A stretch of DNA of 64,000 nt. It comes from Amoebophrya sp. A120. Taxonomy: Eukaryota; Protista; Dinoflagellata. The notes below the pieces were generated by a model. The model made no database searches. It was not told the origin of the DNA and saw only the letters and a program-made list of their open reading frames with translations. Position numbers and translations under genes: made by a program. The stretch is from NCBI GenBank assembly GCA_905178155.1, contig CAJINV010000002.1, positions 4,707,709 through 4,771,708 on the forward strand, in the 5' to 3' direction. Shown piece by piece: positions 20,954 through 34,430 of this stretch (position 1 is the stretch's first letter; each line of letters opens with the position of its first letter).

Positions 20954-23900
20954 TCACAACCCCCCGAATATGTTCAGAAACGTCCAGTCATCCTGCGTCA
21001 TTTTCGGCTTGTTTTGGTTCGATCTTGGCTTCGTCGCCTCTCCCCAATTCTTCTTGTTTTGACGTTCCCCAGCAGGTTTGTCCTGCTGAACTTTCACGCC
21101 CGCCTCGTTGTACGAGGGCCGCGGGTCTTTTTGCTCCTTCACCTCCGTTTGCGCCGTACGCGATGTACCTCCACTACCTCCGTTTTTAGAGTTGGAGGTG
21201 GCCGTAGTTTTCGTCGTCGATGTTGTTTCCTTTCCTTCCGCCTCCCGGCTGCGTTCTTCCACTTCCAAGATGCCAAGCTCCTTGAACAGCTGCGCCATCA
21301 TCTGCTCCCGCTTCGCAGGATCTTCCTCAGCATCCGCATCGGCCATCAGACCGAACAACGCGTCGAGGGAGGGCAGCAGCTCCGCCTCCGCGGCCCCCCG
21401 GTCGCTGCTCTCCTCATCTTCCCCGTCGGGGCCCCGAAAAAGACCAGCACTTCTACTCCGACCACCAGTAGTGCCGGAAGTAGATGTAGTCGAAGATGAA
21501 CCTCCAGAGCTTCTTCCAGAAGAACCTCCTCCCGACGAGGAGAAGCTGCCCGGCGCCCACGGGTGAAGCCGGTCGTCATCGTTTTTCTCCTTCTTGTTGC
21601 TTGAAGATATAGTTCCTTGGTCGGCCCCCGGTGAAGCAGATTTTTTGAAGCGGATCATCGCCCCGCCTTCCGCTTGCGGCTGAATCTCCAGGTGGAAGTC
21701 GCCCGACATGTCCACTTGGGCCATAAAATCATCGTCGTCGATGCTGCCGAAGGCGAAGCCATCTTCATCGAGATTGCCGCTTGTAGTTCCTTGCTGGTGC
21801 GGATAATTTTCGGTAGTTTTAAACGCGTCAGCGTCGTCTTTGAACAGCGCCAAGTCGTCCTCACTGGTTTCGTCTTCGTCGGTGCCGGAATCCCGAAACA
21901 TCTTGCTCTTCCCTTCGAGCCACGTCCCGGGCCTTTTGCCCTTGGACGAGGTCGAGGACGACGTCGTCGGATCCTTGTTTACAGAAGAACCCACGGTCGT
22001 GGTTGTACTGGAAATCGAAGAAGAAGAAGGTGTGGTTTTGACATCATTTTCCGATTTTTTTTCTTCTTGATGTTGTCCATTTTCTTGCTTCATCGGCTGC
22101 TCCTCCGGGTCTTGTACTTGATGCTGCTGCGATACTTTCCCCGCCTCATGATTCTGCTCCTGATCTTTGGGAATGCTTCCTTGCACGCTTGAGGCAGTCA
22201 TTTTTGCGGGTGCTCCGTCTTGATCATTTCTCCCCGGAGCAAGTTCTTGTGGGGGCGGTGGATGTGGCGGCGAAACTTTGCTGTCAACAGAACTACTAGT
22301 GTGGTCCCCGTGCTGAGAAGAAGACGTGGACGACGAAGTTGGTGTTGTGGTCTGCTGGTAAATTTCGTTTTCTTGCTTCTGCCCGACATGATCATCGCGT
22401 TCTTGTTCCTGCTTCTTCTGCACAAACCCAGGAGCTGCACCAGGATTTTCATTTTTTTGGTTTTTGTCCCCCATAACCGCCGCCGTTGTGCTTGCTCTTT
22501 CCCTTGCGATCTCACTCCCCTGTCGCCCCACTTCCTTCGCGAATGCGTGCGACCCTTCACGTTGCTTTTGCCTGGCCGCGGCGTGTTTCGCCTCCTGCAC
22601 CTTGGTCGGCCGCTTCACATCGTCGGGGGAAGCAGTACCAGTAGATGATCTCGAGTTGATGTTGTGCTGTCCTTGTCTAGAAGATGAAGCGCGGTCTCGT
22701 TGATAGTAGTCTGAAGCTCCTGCTCCGCGATCATCGTAGTCGAAATTGTAGTTGGTCTTGTGGTAGTAATCCCTCGTCCGCGCGTCGTATTCCAAGTCCT
22801 CAGCCCGAGCGTATTCCTCCTCCCCGTTCTGGCGGCCCCGGCGGACGTAGTACAGCTCTTCCTCCTGGTATCCCGACGGGTAGGTTTTGATCCGCTTGAT
22901 CTGGTAGTAATCGTACTTTTTTTTTCCCCCGTAGAACCACACATCGTAGTAGCCGTGGAAGTATCCTGTGCAAAAGTATCGCACTCGTACTAATTGCAAT
23001 CTTGCATGACAAACCTATCTTTTTACGACCTCAACTAGCATTACAAATTCCATTTTTCTTTCTGATAAAATTTGTAATGCAATTTGTGCTAGTACGATAC
23101 TTTTGCAATGCATAGAAAGAACAGAAACTCGTCGACTAACAACACCAAAAAGAGCAGCAGAATCAGCCCGCAAAACGACTTCGCGCAACAGCAACAGCTC
23201 AGGTTGCAGCAACAGCACGAAATATTTCTAGGTTTACTATTCGCCTGCTTTTTCTTCTCATTTGTTCCTTCATCCCCGTGGTCCCGCTTGGAGGTTCTTC
23301 CATCGTCCTCTCCTTTTGCAGCTGCTTTCAGTAGCGCCTTCTCCTTGGCTGTTTTCCCCAAGTAAAAGAGCCGCTTCTCGTAATCGGATAGCCGCTGCCG
23401 CACCGGCTCGTCCGCCATCGTGGAAGCGTCGGCTGTGGAAACTACAGACGAATCTTGTTTTTGGCCCAGGCTGTTGTTCATGTTCTTTTCACCCTGCTCT
23501 GTGGTCTTCTTTAATGCACCGCCTTCCTTTGCCACGGCGACCACTTGCGTCAGGTCTCTCGGCGCCTTCTCGACGGGGATCAGCGACAGGTCGTAGGCTT
23601 TTTCCGGGCGGAATTCCTTCAACGGCCGCCGGGTCGGGAATTCCACCGGCCGGCTATCAAAAGGAAAAATCCCCCCTCCCCATATCGAAAAGGTACGTCT
23701 CAAGAAATTTGTAATGCTGATTTGTGACCACAAATCGTCTCTGTCTTGCAAGAACGCAACCCCGCAGGCTCCGCCACGTTCTGCAGGCGGTTTGTGATGC
23801 TGGTGGCCCTACAGACTAGACGTTTGCCATGCTCAGCGCCTAGCCCAAAACCTCCCTACTCAGGGTCAGCATAGCCTGCAGTCCTCTCTAGCAAGACAAA

Positions 23901-24348
23901 TCTGATCTGTGTACGCAAATCCAGCATCAGAAACTTCGTTTTGATATGGGGAGGGGGGATTTTTCCTCACAATACCGGCGCACGTTCGGCAGCTCATGGA
24001 ACCTGCCACCTTCCAGATCCAGTGCGCCTTGGAGCTGCTTGCGGCGTTCCTGTATCAAATGTAAAAGTGTCTGGGTCTGGAAACTTGTGATGCTGGGTGG
24101 CGTCTCATGATGAGGCCACAAGTGCTGGCTCAGCATGACAAGTTTCTGAGCTTCTAGGTGTTGCCTATTCTGCATGACAAACAGCGTTTCTGCATCACAG
24201 AACAATGGAGCTCTTGGGTAACGTGCATGATAGATTTCAGAGTCATGCCAGACAAGCATGACACACATGCATTCTTCCAGACCCAGACATTTTTGCATTT
24301 GATATCCTGCCGCCGCTGGGTCTGACGGGGTCTTGTCGTCAACGCCAT
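20954..24348 (-). CDS. Hypothetical single-pass membrane protein, 4 exons
   Basis: MALTTRPRQ start; removing three introners gives a continuous frame; Cys cluster before a hydrophobic segment, then a Tyr-rich and a disordered region. Confidence 0.8.
22962..23114. mobile_element. Introner family B
   Basis: Family B TIRs; TSD ggaag/gaaag. Confidence 0.9.
23655..23974. mobile_element. Introner family C
   Basis: Family C TIRs; TSD ccggc. Confidence 0.9.
24053..24304. mobile_element. Introner family A
   Basis: Family A TIRs; TSD tcctg. Confidence 0.93.
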
Positions 24349-25416
24349 GACTTTAATACTGATATAGATTGATAGGTTTATTTCTGCAGCCGTGGAAGTA
24401 GTTGATTATGATTTGTTCTATTTCCACGAAAAAAATGTGCTGTAAGCTTCCCTGTGGAAATGAAAGAAAAAGAGGTCGTCGAGTGAAATAAAGTGACGGA
24501 CGCTAAGGTAAAAAAGGTAGCTCCACGACGAGCGGAAATATAAGCGTGGCTCCTTTCTCACAATACAATGATGAGCGTACGATTTTCAGATGAGGCACAG
24601 GCAGGCTGGAGTTCCTGCGACATCAGGTATTGATATTTCGTTGGGACGAAGAGAATCTGTACGGAACCAGCGAGAGCAGTACGACAATCGACCGATCTTG
24701 TGCACCAGCATTGGACGAGATTCAAATTTGAAAACGAAGCAAGCACGATCAGAATCTTCAGAAGCATACAGGGAGCAGGGTACGAAAAGAACCCGCGTTG
24801 AACTACTTATGTAGAATCCATGCAGAGACGTTGTTCCTGCCGACCAGGCAACGAGACTCTTTATCCAAGAGAGACGAAAATGATTACGCTTCGTACGAAT
24901 TTCTACACAGAGAAACACGATTTGCCTGTAGGTTCAACTTCAACTTGCGGTACGATGCGGTCCCTGTCTGTTCTTGCTGTTGCTGCAGCTTCTAAACGAC
25001 GAAATACTAAACAACGAGTAGAAGAAGTGTCTGAGCACAGTAAAACTACACTGCAGCAGGAGCCCCGAACTGAGTTGTGTTTCAGCAGGCGCCACAAAAA
25101 AAACTGCTGCTTCAGCAGGTCTCGTGGCGCTCCAGTTTTCTTTTACCGGTTCAATTTCTTTCAGACGTGGTAAGGGATTTTTACAATATCAACACCCTAG
25201 GAGGGAGAGCATCCGGATGCTAATGATCCACTCGCACAACCGACAAATACACACACGGTCAACAACGAACTGGCTCAAACATACATTCGGCGCATCTATC
25301 ATGTTCGTACAAATAAGTAAGTACCGCCCATCTTACCGCAGCACTCGTCTCACGAACCCAACTGGGGCGCATTGGCCGGCTCACTGCTAGTTAATATCAG
25401 TCGTGTGAAGGAGTTT

Positions 25417-25528
25417 CATTTGATATCGATAAGTTTTGACTAGAACCCTAAATCCCTAAAACCCTGAAACCCATCGCCGCTGCGTTCCGGGACGGTAGGC
25501 GGGAAGAAGGCATTTGATATCGATAAGT
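25417..25528. repeat. 76-bp insert with telomere-like repeats between 18-bp direct repeats
   Basis: CATTTGATATCGATAAGT at 25417-25434 and 25511-25528; CCCTAAA/CCCTGAA units inside. Confidence 0.8.
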
Positions 25529-26139
25529 AGAAATAAAGTGATCTAGGATATCTTAAGTTCGTAAGCTGAAGCTCTTTATAACCCGGAATGGGGCTCAATT
25601 TGTTCGTTTTGGGGCAAACATGGTCGTGTCAGGGTCGTTTAGTATACATAGGAGTCTAGCAGACCAAGACGTGAATAGATGTACATACGAGCACGAATGC
25701 GACATCAATTTTATTCGGGTGCGCAAGGGAAATCAAAAAGTGACAGTGAGGACTACTTGTTGCACAAGCTCGTGAATCATCGCAGACTTTCATTTTCATA
25801 CAATGATCTATCAAGGTATTAGTAGTGGTCCTGCTACATCAATCTGAACGAATCTACATTGAGCCAACGACGACAAGCACCGAGTCAATCACATTCACGA
25901 AGAACAAGATGGTACATTCATGTGGAACGACGAGAAAAAAAAATGAATGAGAAATAGCAGCTGTCATTCGGGCAAGAAAATCTCACCGACCAGTTTTGTC
26001 TCGTTTGTCTTAGTGAAAATAAGGAGTCAATTTTTTCGCACCCCCATTGGCGGAGGAGGTGGTCTTTGTCGGTCCTACTCTGCTGGTGCGTTCAAATTCT
26101 TCCCACGCGGCGGCGACGGAGCGAGCGCGGCACTCGGCG

Positions 26140-29100
26140 CTACTTGTTTTTTTCTTCTTCGTCCCGGGCGAGAATTTTTATACCATCTTCTTCGTCCGAA
26201 GGCCAGAACGCATCGGCATCGAGATAGTTATGGATGTTCCGATCGAAGCCGTCATCCTCCTCCTCTTCTATGGTTTCGGTGTCCTTCCTTGGTGCGACGT
26301 TTTGGTACAGATGCCCGTAGGGATCTTGATCTGGATCTCCCGCGTCTCCTGTGAGGACATGGTCCACCTCCGGAAGCCTCGCAGTGAGGACTTCCAAATC
26401 CGTACTAGTGGTGCGCGAGAAAGCTGATGTTCCACCTGTAGGTGCAGCATCTGTAGGTCGACGTGGGGGAACACGGGCGGAGAAATAGCTGGGCAGATCA
26501 TCCTCATCGTTCATCAAATCCTGTTTCTCGTGCTCCTCCGCAAGTGGACAGGTTCTCGTGGCCCCGGGATCAAAAGAAGGTGGGTCGATTGTGGTCGCTG
26601 TAAGGGAGTGGGAGGAGGAGGTTGAGGTGGCATATAATTGACTATTTTCACTCATTTACTTTTCATTCTCTGTCATATATTTTTCGCTTAGTACTGCAAG
26701 CAAGAATGGGTTTTCTTTTTCATTTTCACATGTCGAAAGTATATAACAGTACGTACCTGGTGGAAAAAGTTCTGCCAGTGACCACTCTACAAGAGAATCT
26801 GCATCGATTCTTGCTTCCGGGCGCGTTTGATGTGGTGAATGTGAATGTTGTTGTGGCGGATTTCCTTCCTTTCTTTCGATTCCCCCACAACTCCTAGACC
26901 GGCAACTGTCCTCTCCTGGAGCAGGGGTGGTGATCAAGCTTGCTGTTATCCAGGAAAAAACACCCATCCCCATCCACTTTTTGCATGACAAATAGTGGAC
27001 TTTATGCATGTTTTGCATGACAAATTGGATGGGGATGGGTGTTTTTTCCTGGATAGCTGTGATGCTGGTTCTACTTCCACCTTCCGTCCTGGTCGTCTTC
27101 GTAGCTGTTGCACACAAGGACGCGGCGTCTGCTTCCCCCACAGACGTACTGAGATTGGTCGATAGTTCTACTGTTGCGAGTTTAATATCACTTCCTGTTC
27201 TTTCCCCATGATCTCCGACGCTGTCCATCAGATCATACACCAGGGTACCGCCGAGAAGATCTACTTCTGGCTCAACCACGATATCTCCGTCCGACCCGGG
27301 TAGCAGATCACCAGAACCAGGAGCTCCTGCAGTACTGCTCCGATGTTGTCGATCCTCTTCTACTATTTGAATTTCATCGAAAGTTGCGGCCTGGAGAAAC
27401 AAGTCCTTTTCATCGGAGTTTTGCTCGGCAGGGGCGGCCGTTGTTCTCGCAGTAGAGTTCTGGATGTGTTCTACTCCTTGTTCATGATCTTGTCGATCTC
27501 GTTTACTATTTGGCACCACGGCGGTTGATGACGTAGCGGGAACGTCAAGAGTCGTCGTTGGCGAAGCGGCTTGCGTCGCTGGCGCAGGAGCTCGGTCTCG
27601 TGGATCTGCACCAGGAGGTCCACCGCTTTTCGAAGAAATTCTGGACGACATGTTGAGCGTCAACTCGTCTCGCGCGGCGACGTAGTTGCGCTGCTGCTGC
27701 TTGTCCATGTAGAGATTCATCATCGGTTCCTGTCCTCTACTTCTGTGAGCGCGGTTCAAACTCTCAAGCATTTCCAGCTCTTCGTCACTGCTGTCCAGCG
27801 AAGACTCGCAATCATCGTCGTGGTCATCGTCATCTTCGTCATCATCATCATCATCATCATCATCGTGATCAGTCCCGTCTTGATTTCCGTCATCGTCATC
27901 TGGCAACTCAACCACATCCTGCCCAACCTCTTCTATCGTGGCCTCGTTCGAACAAGAGCCAGCTGCTGGACGATTTATTGTAGTAGTGCAATTACTTGCA
28001 GAGTGGTCTCCGACGTTAGCAAGAAAAGTCGGGTCGTCGGTCTTTTCTTCTACTTTTTGTTCTTCAGCTACTTCACATGACTTTTCTCTGAAGATGTTCT
28101 TGCAGCTTTTCTTCACTTCCTCCTCACCGATGAAACAACCTTTCGCTTTTTCCTTTTCCCGTTGTTCCAGCAAAAGTCTTTCCCGGCATTGCTCCAGAAA
28201 TAGGGTGTTCCTTACCGATTCCTCGTCCTCTTCGAAAGCGCCATCATCTTCTCCTCCAGAAGATGAAGAGGATGATATCAAGAACCGCACGAACCTGTCC
28301 CGCTTCTTTCTCAACACCTCCATATCAAATGCAAATATGTCTGGGTCTGGAAGGATGCAACTTGTGATGCTAGTACGTTTGGACTCTTCTACATAAAATC
28401 TGCATTGCATGAACAGCAAAAGAGGTGTAATTTGCGCTACGCGGAGAGGGCATTTCTCATGCGGTATGAGCATCAGAAAGCCCTCGCAAAATCTCTGATG
28501 CTAGGGCATGCATCACAGACCTCATGGATCATGCAAAATCTGCATGGCAAACTTTTGCATTCTATCTTCCAGACCCAGACATATTTGCATTTGATACTCC
28601 ATTTCCTTTTTTAAATACCCCCGCTGCTCCTCCTCCACCTGAACCGTGAGCAACGCCAGGTAAAAGTCGCACCATCCAATCTGCTGCTTCGACGTGTTTT
28701 TGTCCAGCGCGTGGTGCTGGTCGTGGTGGCGGTCCTGCTTCAGAAGTCTCTTCAGCTGACTCTGGACAAAATTTGAAGAAGACTTGATAAGGTTGTTGTC
28801 CTGGTAAAAATGTTCATCCGCATTGTTGCTCTTCATCCTCTCGTCGGGGACCTCCTCCTGGTCTTCTTCGCTCGTGATGCTTTCACTCACGCGCGGCCTG
28901 GTGTTTGTACGACCGTCGTTATCTGAGTCGGAAAGCGAATCTTCATTTTTATCGGGGACGACCAGCTTGTCGTTTTTATTTTCCTCGTCCTGTCCCCGCA
29001 CGACCGGGTCTCGTCCCGTCCGGGGCGATCGAGATCTAGTCGGGCGGCTGGTGTGTTGTCTTGTTCGGGCAGCACGACTAGTGAGCGCCGAGCCAGATGC

Positions 29101-29604
29101 AGATTGCTCAGGATCCTCAGGATCTTCGTAGTCCTCCTCGCGGCCCCAGGTCGTAGTCGTACAGCTGCTCTCACCGTACTTCTCGTGCTCTTTGGAACAA
29201 GTGGACCACTTCTTGTTCTTCTTCCAACTACGACCATGACTATTCTTATCATAAGAATAGTCGACATTCTCATTCTCCTCGTAGTCGACCCAGCCCTTCT
29301 TTTTCCAACTCTTCCGATCTTCGTAGTCGTAATAGTCCTCCTCATCGTCCTTACACCATTTGTAGTTCTTCTTGTGCTTTTCGTAGTACTCGAACTTTTC
29401 GTTTTCGTTTTCCTTCTGCTTCTCGTCTACTGGCTTCTTCCAGTCGGCAGACCGCTTCCGACTACCACTTCTGAGCGGCTCTCCTGACGCTCGCGTATTG
29501 GAAGAAGACGGCATAATGTTGTTCGTTGTGCTGGAGGAGCAAGCTAGGAGTGCAGGTGCGGAAGAGTCAGTAAGTAGAACAACTACTTTAACTTTGTTCT
29601 TCAC
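26140..29604 (-). CDS. Hypothetical acidic, low-complexity protein, spliced
   Basis: ORFs 28522-29604 and 26656-28473 join (KEME|VLR) after removing an introner; probable GT donor near 26755 to a last exon; ends uncertain. Confidence 0.65.
26947..27055. mobile_element. Minimal 109-bp introner with perfect 30-bp TIRs
   Basis: TATCCAGGAAAAAACACCCATCCCCATCCA inverted at both ends; TSD gctgt. Confidence 0.93.
28323..28596. mobile_element. Introner family A
   Basis: Family A TIRs; TSD ctcca. Confidence 0.93.
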
Positions 29605-31433
29605 CGGACAGGATCGATTTCCTGTCTTGTTGTTAGTATTGCCAGTTCTAAACTACAGAGAAAAATTGCAAGAATCATGAAAGGAAAGCAGTAACAAATC
29701 GCGATGCTAGTGGAAGATACTGTTTTTTCCACATCCGCAGCACAGGACAACTTAACAACTCCTCATATAGAAGAAGTATAATAACTTCTTGTTCATCCCA
29801 CGTTTGCGTCGTGAGCTTTTGTTTCAGTGACAAAACTACAGAAGACGTGTGGCACGACGAGTAGAATAGAAAAGACAGAAGATCAGCTCTGCGTTGTTAG
29901 CTGCATCCTCGCAAAACTGAATTAAAGCCAGCGATCCTGAAAGCTCACCTGTCCCGGTCAACAGCACACCTCTCAACATGTAGAACTTACTACATCGCGC
30001 AGAAAAACTAGTGTAGTCCACCATTTGAGCTTCAGTAGTAACGTCGACGCACGTCGTGCTGCGGCATCTTCTTTTTGCAGCGCCAACAAAAAGAACAACT
30101 GCGTCTCTGACTTGTCTTTTCGTAGCCTCTCCTCCTCGCAGTGAAAGTAAAGAAGATCTCAATGGAACAGAAAAAATACCTCCTGGCTGCTGCTGCTGAC
30201 ACTGCACCCATGAGTTGTTCACATTGTGCAGCTTTTTTTTTCCTACGGAACGAGTTAGTTCCTTGCCTTTCCTGTTTCATCACTTGATAGATACAACTTG
30301 CAACCTGTCTGCCCAAGCCGAATATCCAAATCGGTTCAATATCGTTTTTTTTTACTGTTGTATGTACTTGTTTTGAACTATGCCGTGTACTTGTTCACTA
30401 ACTTGCCAGCAACGGTTTCTTGACGAACTAAGGTTAGATCACTGCGGGATCATACTCCGCCTTCCTTAGATCTTCCTCTTCGTGTGCGTCACTCTGTGCA
30501 TGTAGATTATCTTGCTACTTACATTTGCTCGTCCTTTCAGCCTGCCCGTTTTACTTCTGTTTCGGTTTGGAAGGGATAAATACATAACGAGAGTGATATA
30601 TTTTTCGGAAGCTACCGCGAGGCATCATAAGATTGAAACTAGCAATGTCGTCCGGAAGGGCTGAAGTCGCTACTTATGTTGATAGTCTACCACAGAAGAA
30701 TTCAGTTTTCGTTTTCGGTCGTGATCTTTTTTATTTCACTTTTACTCTTTATCCACAAGTCGCTCATTTGTTCTACTTCTATCCCGCTCTCCAAATAAAT
30801 ACTGAAATCATAAGCCGCAATGCGCGTAAACGTGGTCCCAGGTCAGACCTGATTGGCTGGTCGCCTCCTGCAGCAACTTCAAGTTGTAGGGTTGATACCG
30901 GACCGTCGTCATAACGAACAAAGTGTAACAACCCATGCCGAAGCAGGAAACTTTCAACATTTGTCCGAACCACCGCAAAGTCGTGCCAGAGGAAGAGCCT
31001 GCGGAGATGCTGGAGTCGCTGTTTTCCCGTCCGCTTTCCGCTGAAATTTCGGCACCGCCCTATACTATTTAAAAGCGTCACCTCGTCCCAATAAAGTGGA
31101 CCTCATGGAGATGTGGCTGCACGACAAACCCACGAAGTGTACCAACTGCGCTGCTGCGCATCAGCATCGTTTGGGCTTCTTGTGCCCGTGTAAATTCTTA
31201 TCAATCGTGTGTACTAAACTAGAACTACTTAGTTAGACTTAGTGCAATTGCATCACAAATCGATTATCTCATCCTGCCTCTACCACGACCAACGGCCATC
31301 TACCAGTCTTGCCAAATGAGAATGCTCGTCATCGAGGGGCTACCAACACATGAAAAACATTCGAGGCTACTTGCAGAATATTTGCATGACAAGTCTGGGA
31401 TGGTGATTGGGACGTAAGCTTTTGCACAGGATA

Positions 31434-33803
31434 ATACACCCGGTGACCCGGCTATCGTAAGAAAAAACTGTTTCACTGTAAGGATTTTGCAAGTTTTGCA
31501 TTACAAGTTCGCTACACATATAGAAAGAAGACTTGCCATGCGAGTATCCTAAGGGAAAACACCGCTGAAAATCACTTGTCCTGCATGTGTAGCAAGACAA
31601 ACACTTCAGTGATGCATTTTCTGCATTACAGGTTTAGAGTGAAACAGTTTTTTCTTGCGATACCGGCTCCCGCTTGGTCTATCTCGTCGTCCACCGGCCA
31701 GGGCTCCCCATCGTAGCAGGCGAGAAGGGTATGAACTGCAAAAGTATCGTATTGCATTCGTATTGCAAGTCTTGCATTACAAACATTAAGTCAAATCCGC
31801 ATTACAAATTCAATTTCTCACGCTGGGGAAATTTGTAATGCATTTATACGAGTACGATGCTTGTGCATGGCACAAAAGGGGGGCAACAGCAACGAACTCC
31901 ACCTGCTCGTCGTCAAACAACATAAACCGCCAGGTGATCCAGAGCCACTCCAGAATATCGTTCGCGAAAAAAACGAGAGACACCACGAGCCCGTACACGA
32001 TGTCGCTCCTTTCCTTCGGGAACCCGGGGAACGCGGACACGTTGTTGAGCAGACCCACCAGGGGCACGTATCAAGAAGAGGAGTTATCCCCTCTCCCGAT
32101 ATTGAAAAGGTATGTCTCCGAAAATTTGCGTTGCTAGTTTGATGTCACAAATCGCATTTGTCTTGCAAGAAAACAACGGCAGAGGCTTCCGCCATATTAT
32201 GGAAGCGATTTGTCATGCTGCTGGGCCTAAAGGGGAGCCGTCTGCTATGCTGAACAACTAGACACATACGCCCCTACCTAGCCTGGGGATCTGGCTGCAA
32301 TGGCTCTCTGCAATACAACGCTGATTTGTGTACACAAATCCAGCATTAGAAACTCCGTTTTGATATGGGGAGGGGGGATTTTTCCTTTCGATAGCACGAA
32401 AATCATCGCCAGAGCCGTGATCAGCCGCGTTTGCGCGCTATCCTGTGCAAAAGTATCGTACTCGTACGAATTGCAAATATGCATGACAAATATTTTTCCT
32501 AGGGCAAAACAGCATTACAAATTTGACTTTCCTTCTTGCCAAAATTTGTCATGCAATTTATACTAGTACGATACTTTTGCAGTGCATACGCGCGAATCTG
32601 GTACCGCAGGAAATTTTTCTGCCGGTAGAAGGTCACGCAGCTCTTGAAGGCATCCACCTCCGCGGGCGCCACTGGGGGGGGGGTAGAGAAGATGCTGACA
32701 CGCCCGCTCTATGCAATGCAAAAGCATCGTACTAGTATAAATCGCATGACAAATCTCCTCAGAATAAGAAATAAAATCTGTAATGCAGATTTGCCTTAGG
32801 GAAGAGATTTGTAATGCGTGACTGCAATATACTACGAGTACGATACTTTTGCACAGGATACCTTCTCCGGCCGAGCACGTACCCGAGGACCGCCCCGCCC
32901 TGCTCTATGGGGTTCTCAAACGTTACATTCTCAACTGTTACACGATTTGCCATGCAAAACCCCGATCAGATTCGACGCGATCAAGCTGCAGCGCATGACA
33001 AATCCCGAAAGTGGCCCAAACAGGCTGAGAATCTGTGCCAAATCTGTCACCCCCTTTGCTTTCAGTTTTGCCATTCTTGCATCACAAGTTCATGTATACA
33101 GTTGAGAATGTAACAGTTGAGAACGCCATAAGCTCCGTCAAGCGCTTGGGATTCGTGCTCACCATCGACCGGGCGCTGTATGGCGTTCTCAAATGTTACA
33201 TTCTCAGCTGTTACATGATTTCTTGTCATGCAAAATTACAAGTAGAAACGAGAACGACGTGATCAAGCTGCTTCGTATGACAAATTCTAGAAGAGCCAAA
33301 CAGGCTGAGCATCTGTCGCAAATCTGTCATGCGAGCCGTACAAGGTCGCCCCTTTCACTTTTGCCATTCTTGCATCGCAAATTCATGCTGTAACGGTTGA
33401 GAATGTAACAGTTGAGAGCGCCATACGCTGGCGCTTAAGGTTTGCCTCATCGTTGGCAGTGGCTCCTCGCCGCCTTCCTCGTCTTCCTCGCCCCCGCCGA
33501 AGTGGTCGCACAAGTTGTCCTCGTTTTTAGTTGTACTAGTGTAGCCGTTGTTGCAGCTGCTCCGGAACTTATTCACAGTGCTCGTCTTGTTCGTCACAAC
33601 CCCGACCGCCTGGTCGTGGTCTCCTGACTGCTGTGCTGCTGCATCTCCATTGTGGTCACTAGCGGAAGAAGTTGTAGTCGCAAGCAGTGTGTTGCAAGAA
33701 GGACCACCCACAACGTCGGGAGTTTGCTTCATGTTTTCGTCGTGATTCTTGGCTGTAGCGCCCGTAGTTTTCTTTTTCCCCACATCAACTTGCTCACGAC
33801 CCT
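31434..33803 (-). CDS. 3' exons of a multi-pass membrane protein interrupted by the copia element
   Basis: Short exons between seven introners join in frame; hydrophobic segments such as IVYGLVVSLVFFANDILEWLWITW; true stop not located. Confidence 0.65.
31453..31662. mobile_element. Introner family G
   Basis: TATCGTAAGAAAAAACTGTTTCACT ... AGTGAAACAGTTTTTTCTTGCGATA; TSD ccggc. Confidence 0.9.
31730..31875. mobile_element. Introner family B, degenerate right end
   Basis: TATGAACTGCAAAAGTATCG start; TSD aaggg. Confidence 0.8.
32069..32393. mobile_element. Introner family C
   Basis: Family C TIRs; TSD gcacg. Confidence 0.9.
32439..32588. mobile_element. Introner family B
   Basis: Family B TIRs; TSD cgcgc. 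Confidence 0.93.
32710..32860. mobile_element. Introner family B (opposite orientation to 32439)
   Basis: Family B TIRs; TSD cgctc/ccttc. Confidence 0.9.
32906..33130. mobile_element. Introner family D
   Basis: TATGGGGTTCTCAAACGTTACATTCTCAACTGT TIR; TSD tgctc/agctc. Confidence 0.9.
33179..33425. mobile_element. Introner family D
   Basis: TATGGCGTTCTCAAATGTTACATTCTCA TIR; TSD cgctg. Confidence 0.92.
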
Positions 33804-34171
33804 TGTGAAGATGCGAACTAACCAACGACGAGGTCGAACCCACTACGAGTAAAAACAACACCTAGTTGAGGTGGTACAAATATGCATGAGAGATTATTTG
33901 TGTGTGTGTGTGCCAATACTGGCATCAAGGGCCCTGGAGTTCATTGGAAGAGTAAAGGTCGATGGTACTGCGTGCCCAGGCAAAACTGGGGCACTCGGGA
34001 ACCTTCACTATTCTTGCCGTGACGTTCGTGCCCGTCTTAGCCTGTTTCAGGTTCAGTAGTCATCTTACTCTAGTAGAATTGAATTAGTGACGATCGTGCC
34101 CGTTTAGGTGTGCTTTGGATCTTTGGAGTGGATCAAGGTTCTTATCGTTGGTTGATGATTTATGTGTCATA
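33804..34171 (-). repeat. 3' LTR (368 bp)
   Basis: One difference noticed versus 40490-40857 (34084 t vs 40770 c). Confidence 0.96.
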
Positions 34172-34185
34172 GTCCCCCTCACTCC
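34172..34185 (-). other. Polypurine tract
   Basis: GGAGTGAGGGGGAC immediately upstream of the 3' LTR on the element strand. Confidence 0.85.
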
Positions 34186-34430
34186 AAATCCAAAGTCAAA
34201 AAATAAAATCTGTATTGCAGGTTCTTTGTTTATAGTCTTTGCGAGACTTGCGAAAAATGAATGCAGGCGTAAATGGAAGCGAATAAATTTGGTGCATAAT
34301 AAAACTCTCTTCGATAGTCATCAGCAGTCCCCCTTGCGCCGAATTTCTTCGCGTTCGTTCGTTCGTTCGTTGGTGTCCAGTTAGGGTTGCTGGCGGTCTG
34401 TGGTGTTTTTCATACTCGGAACGTTTTCGG

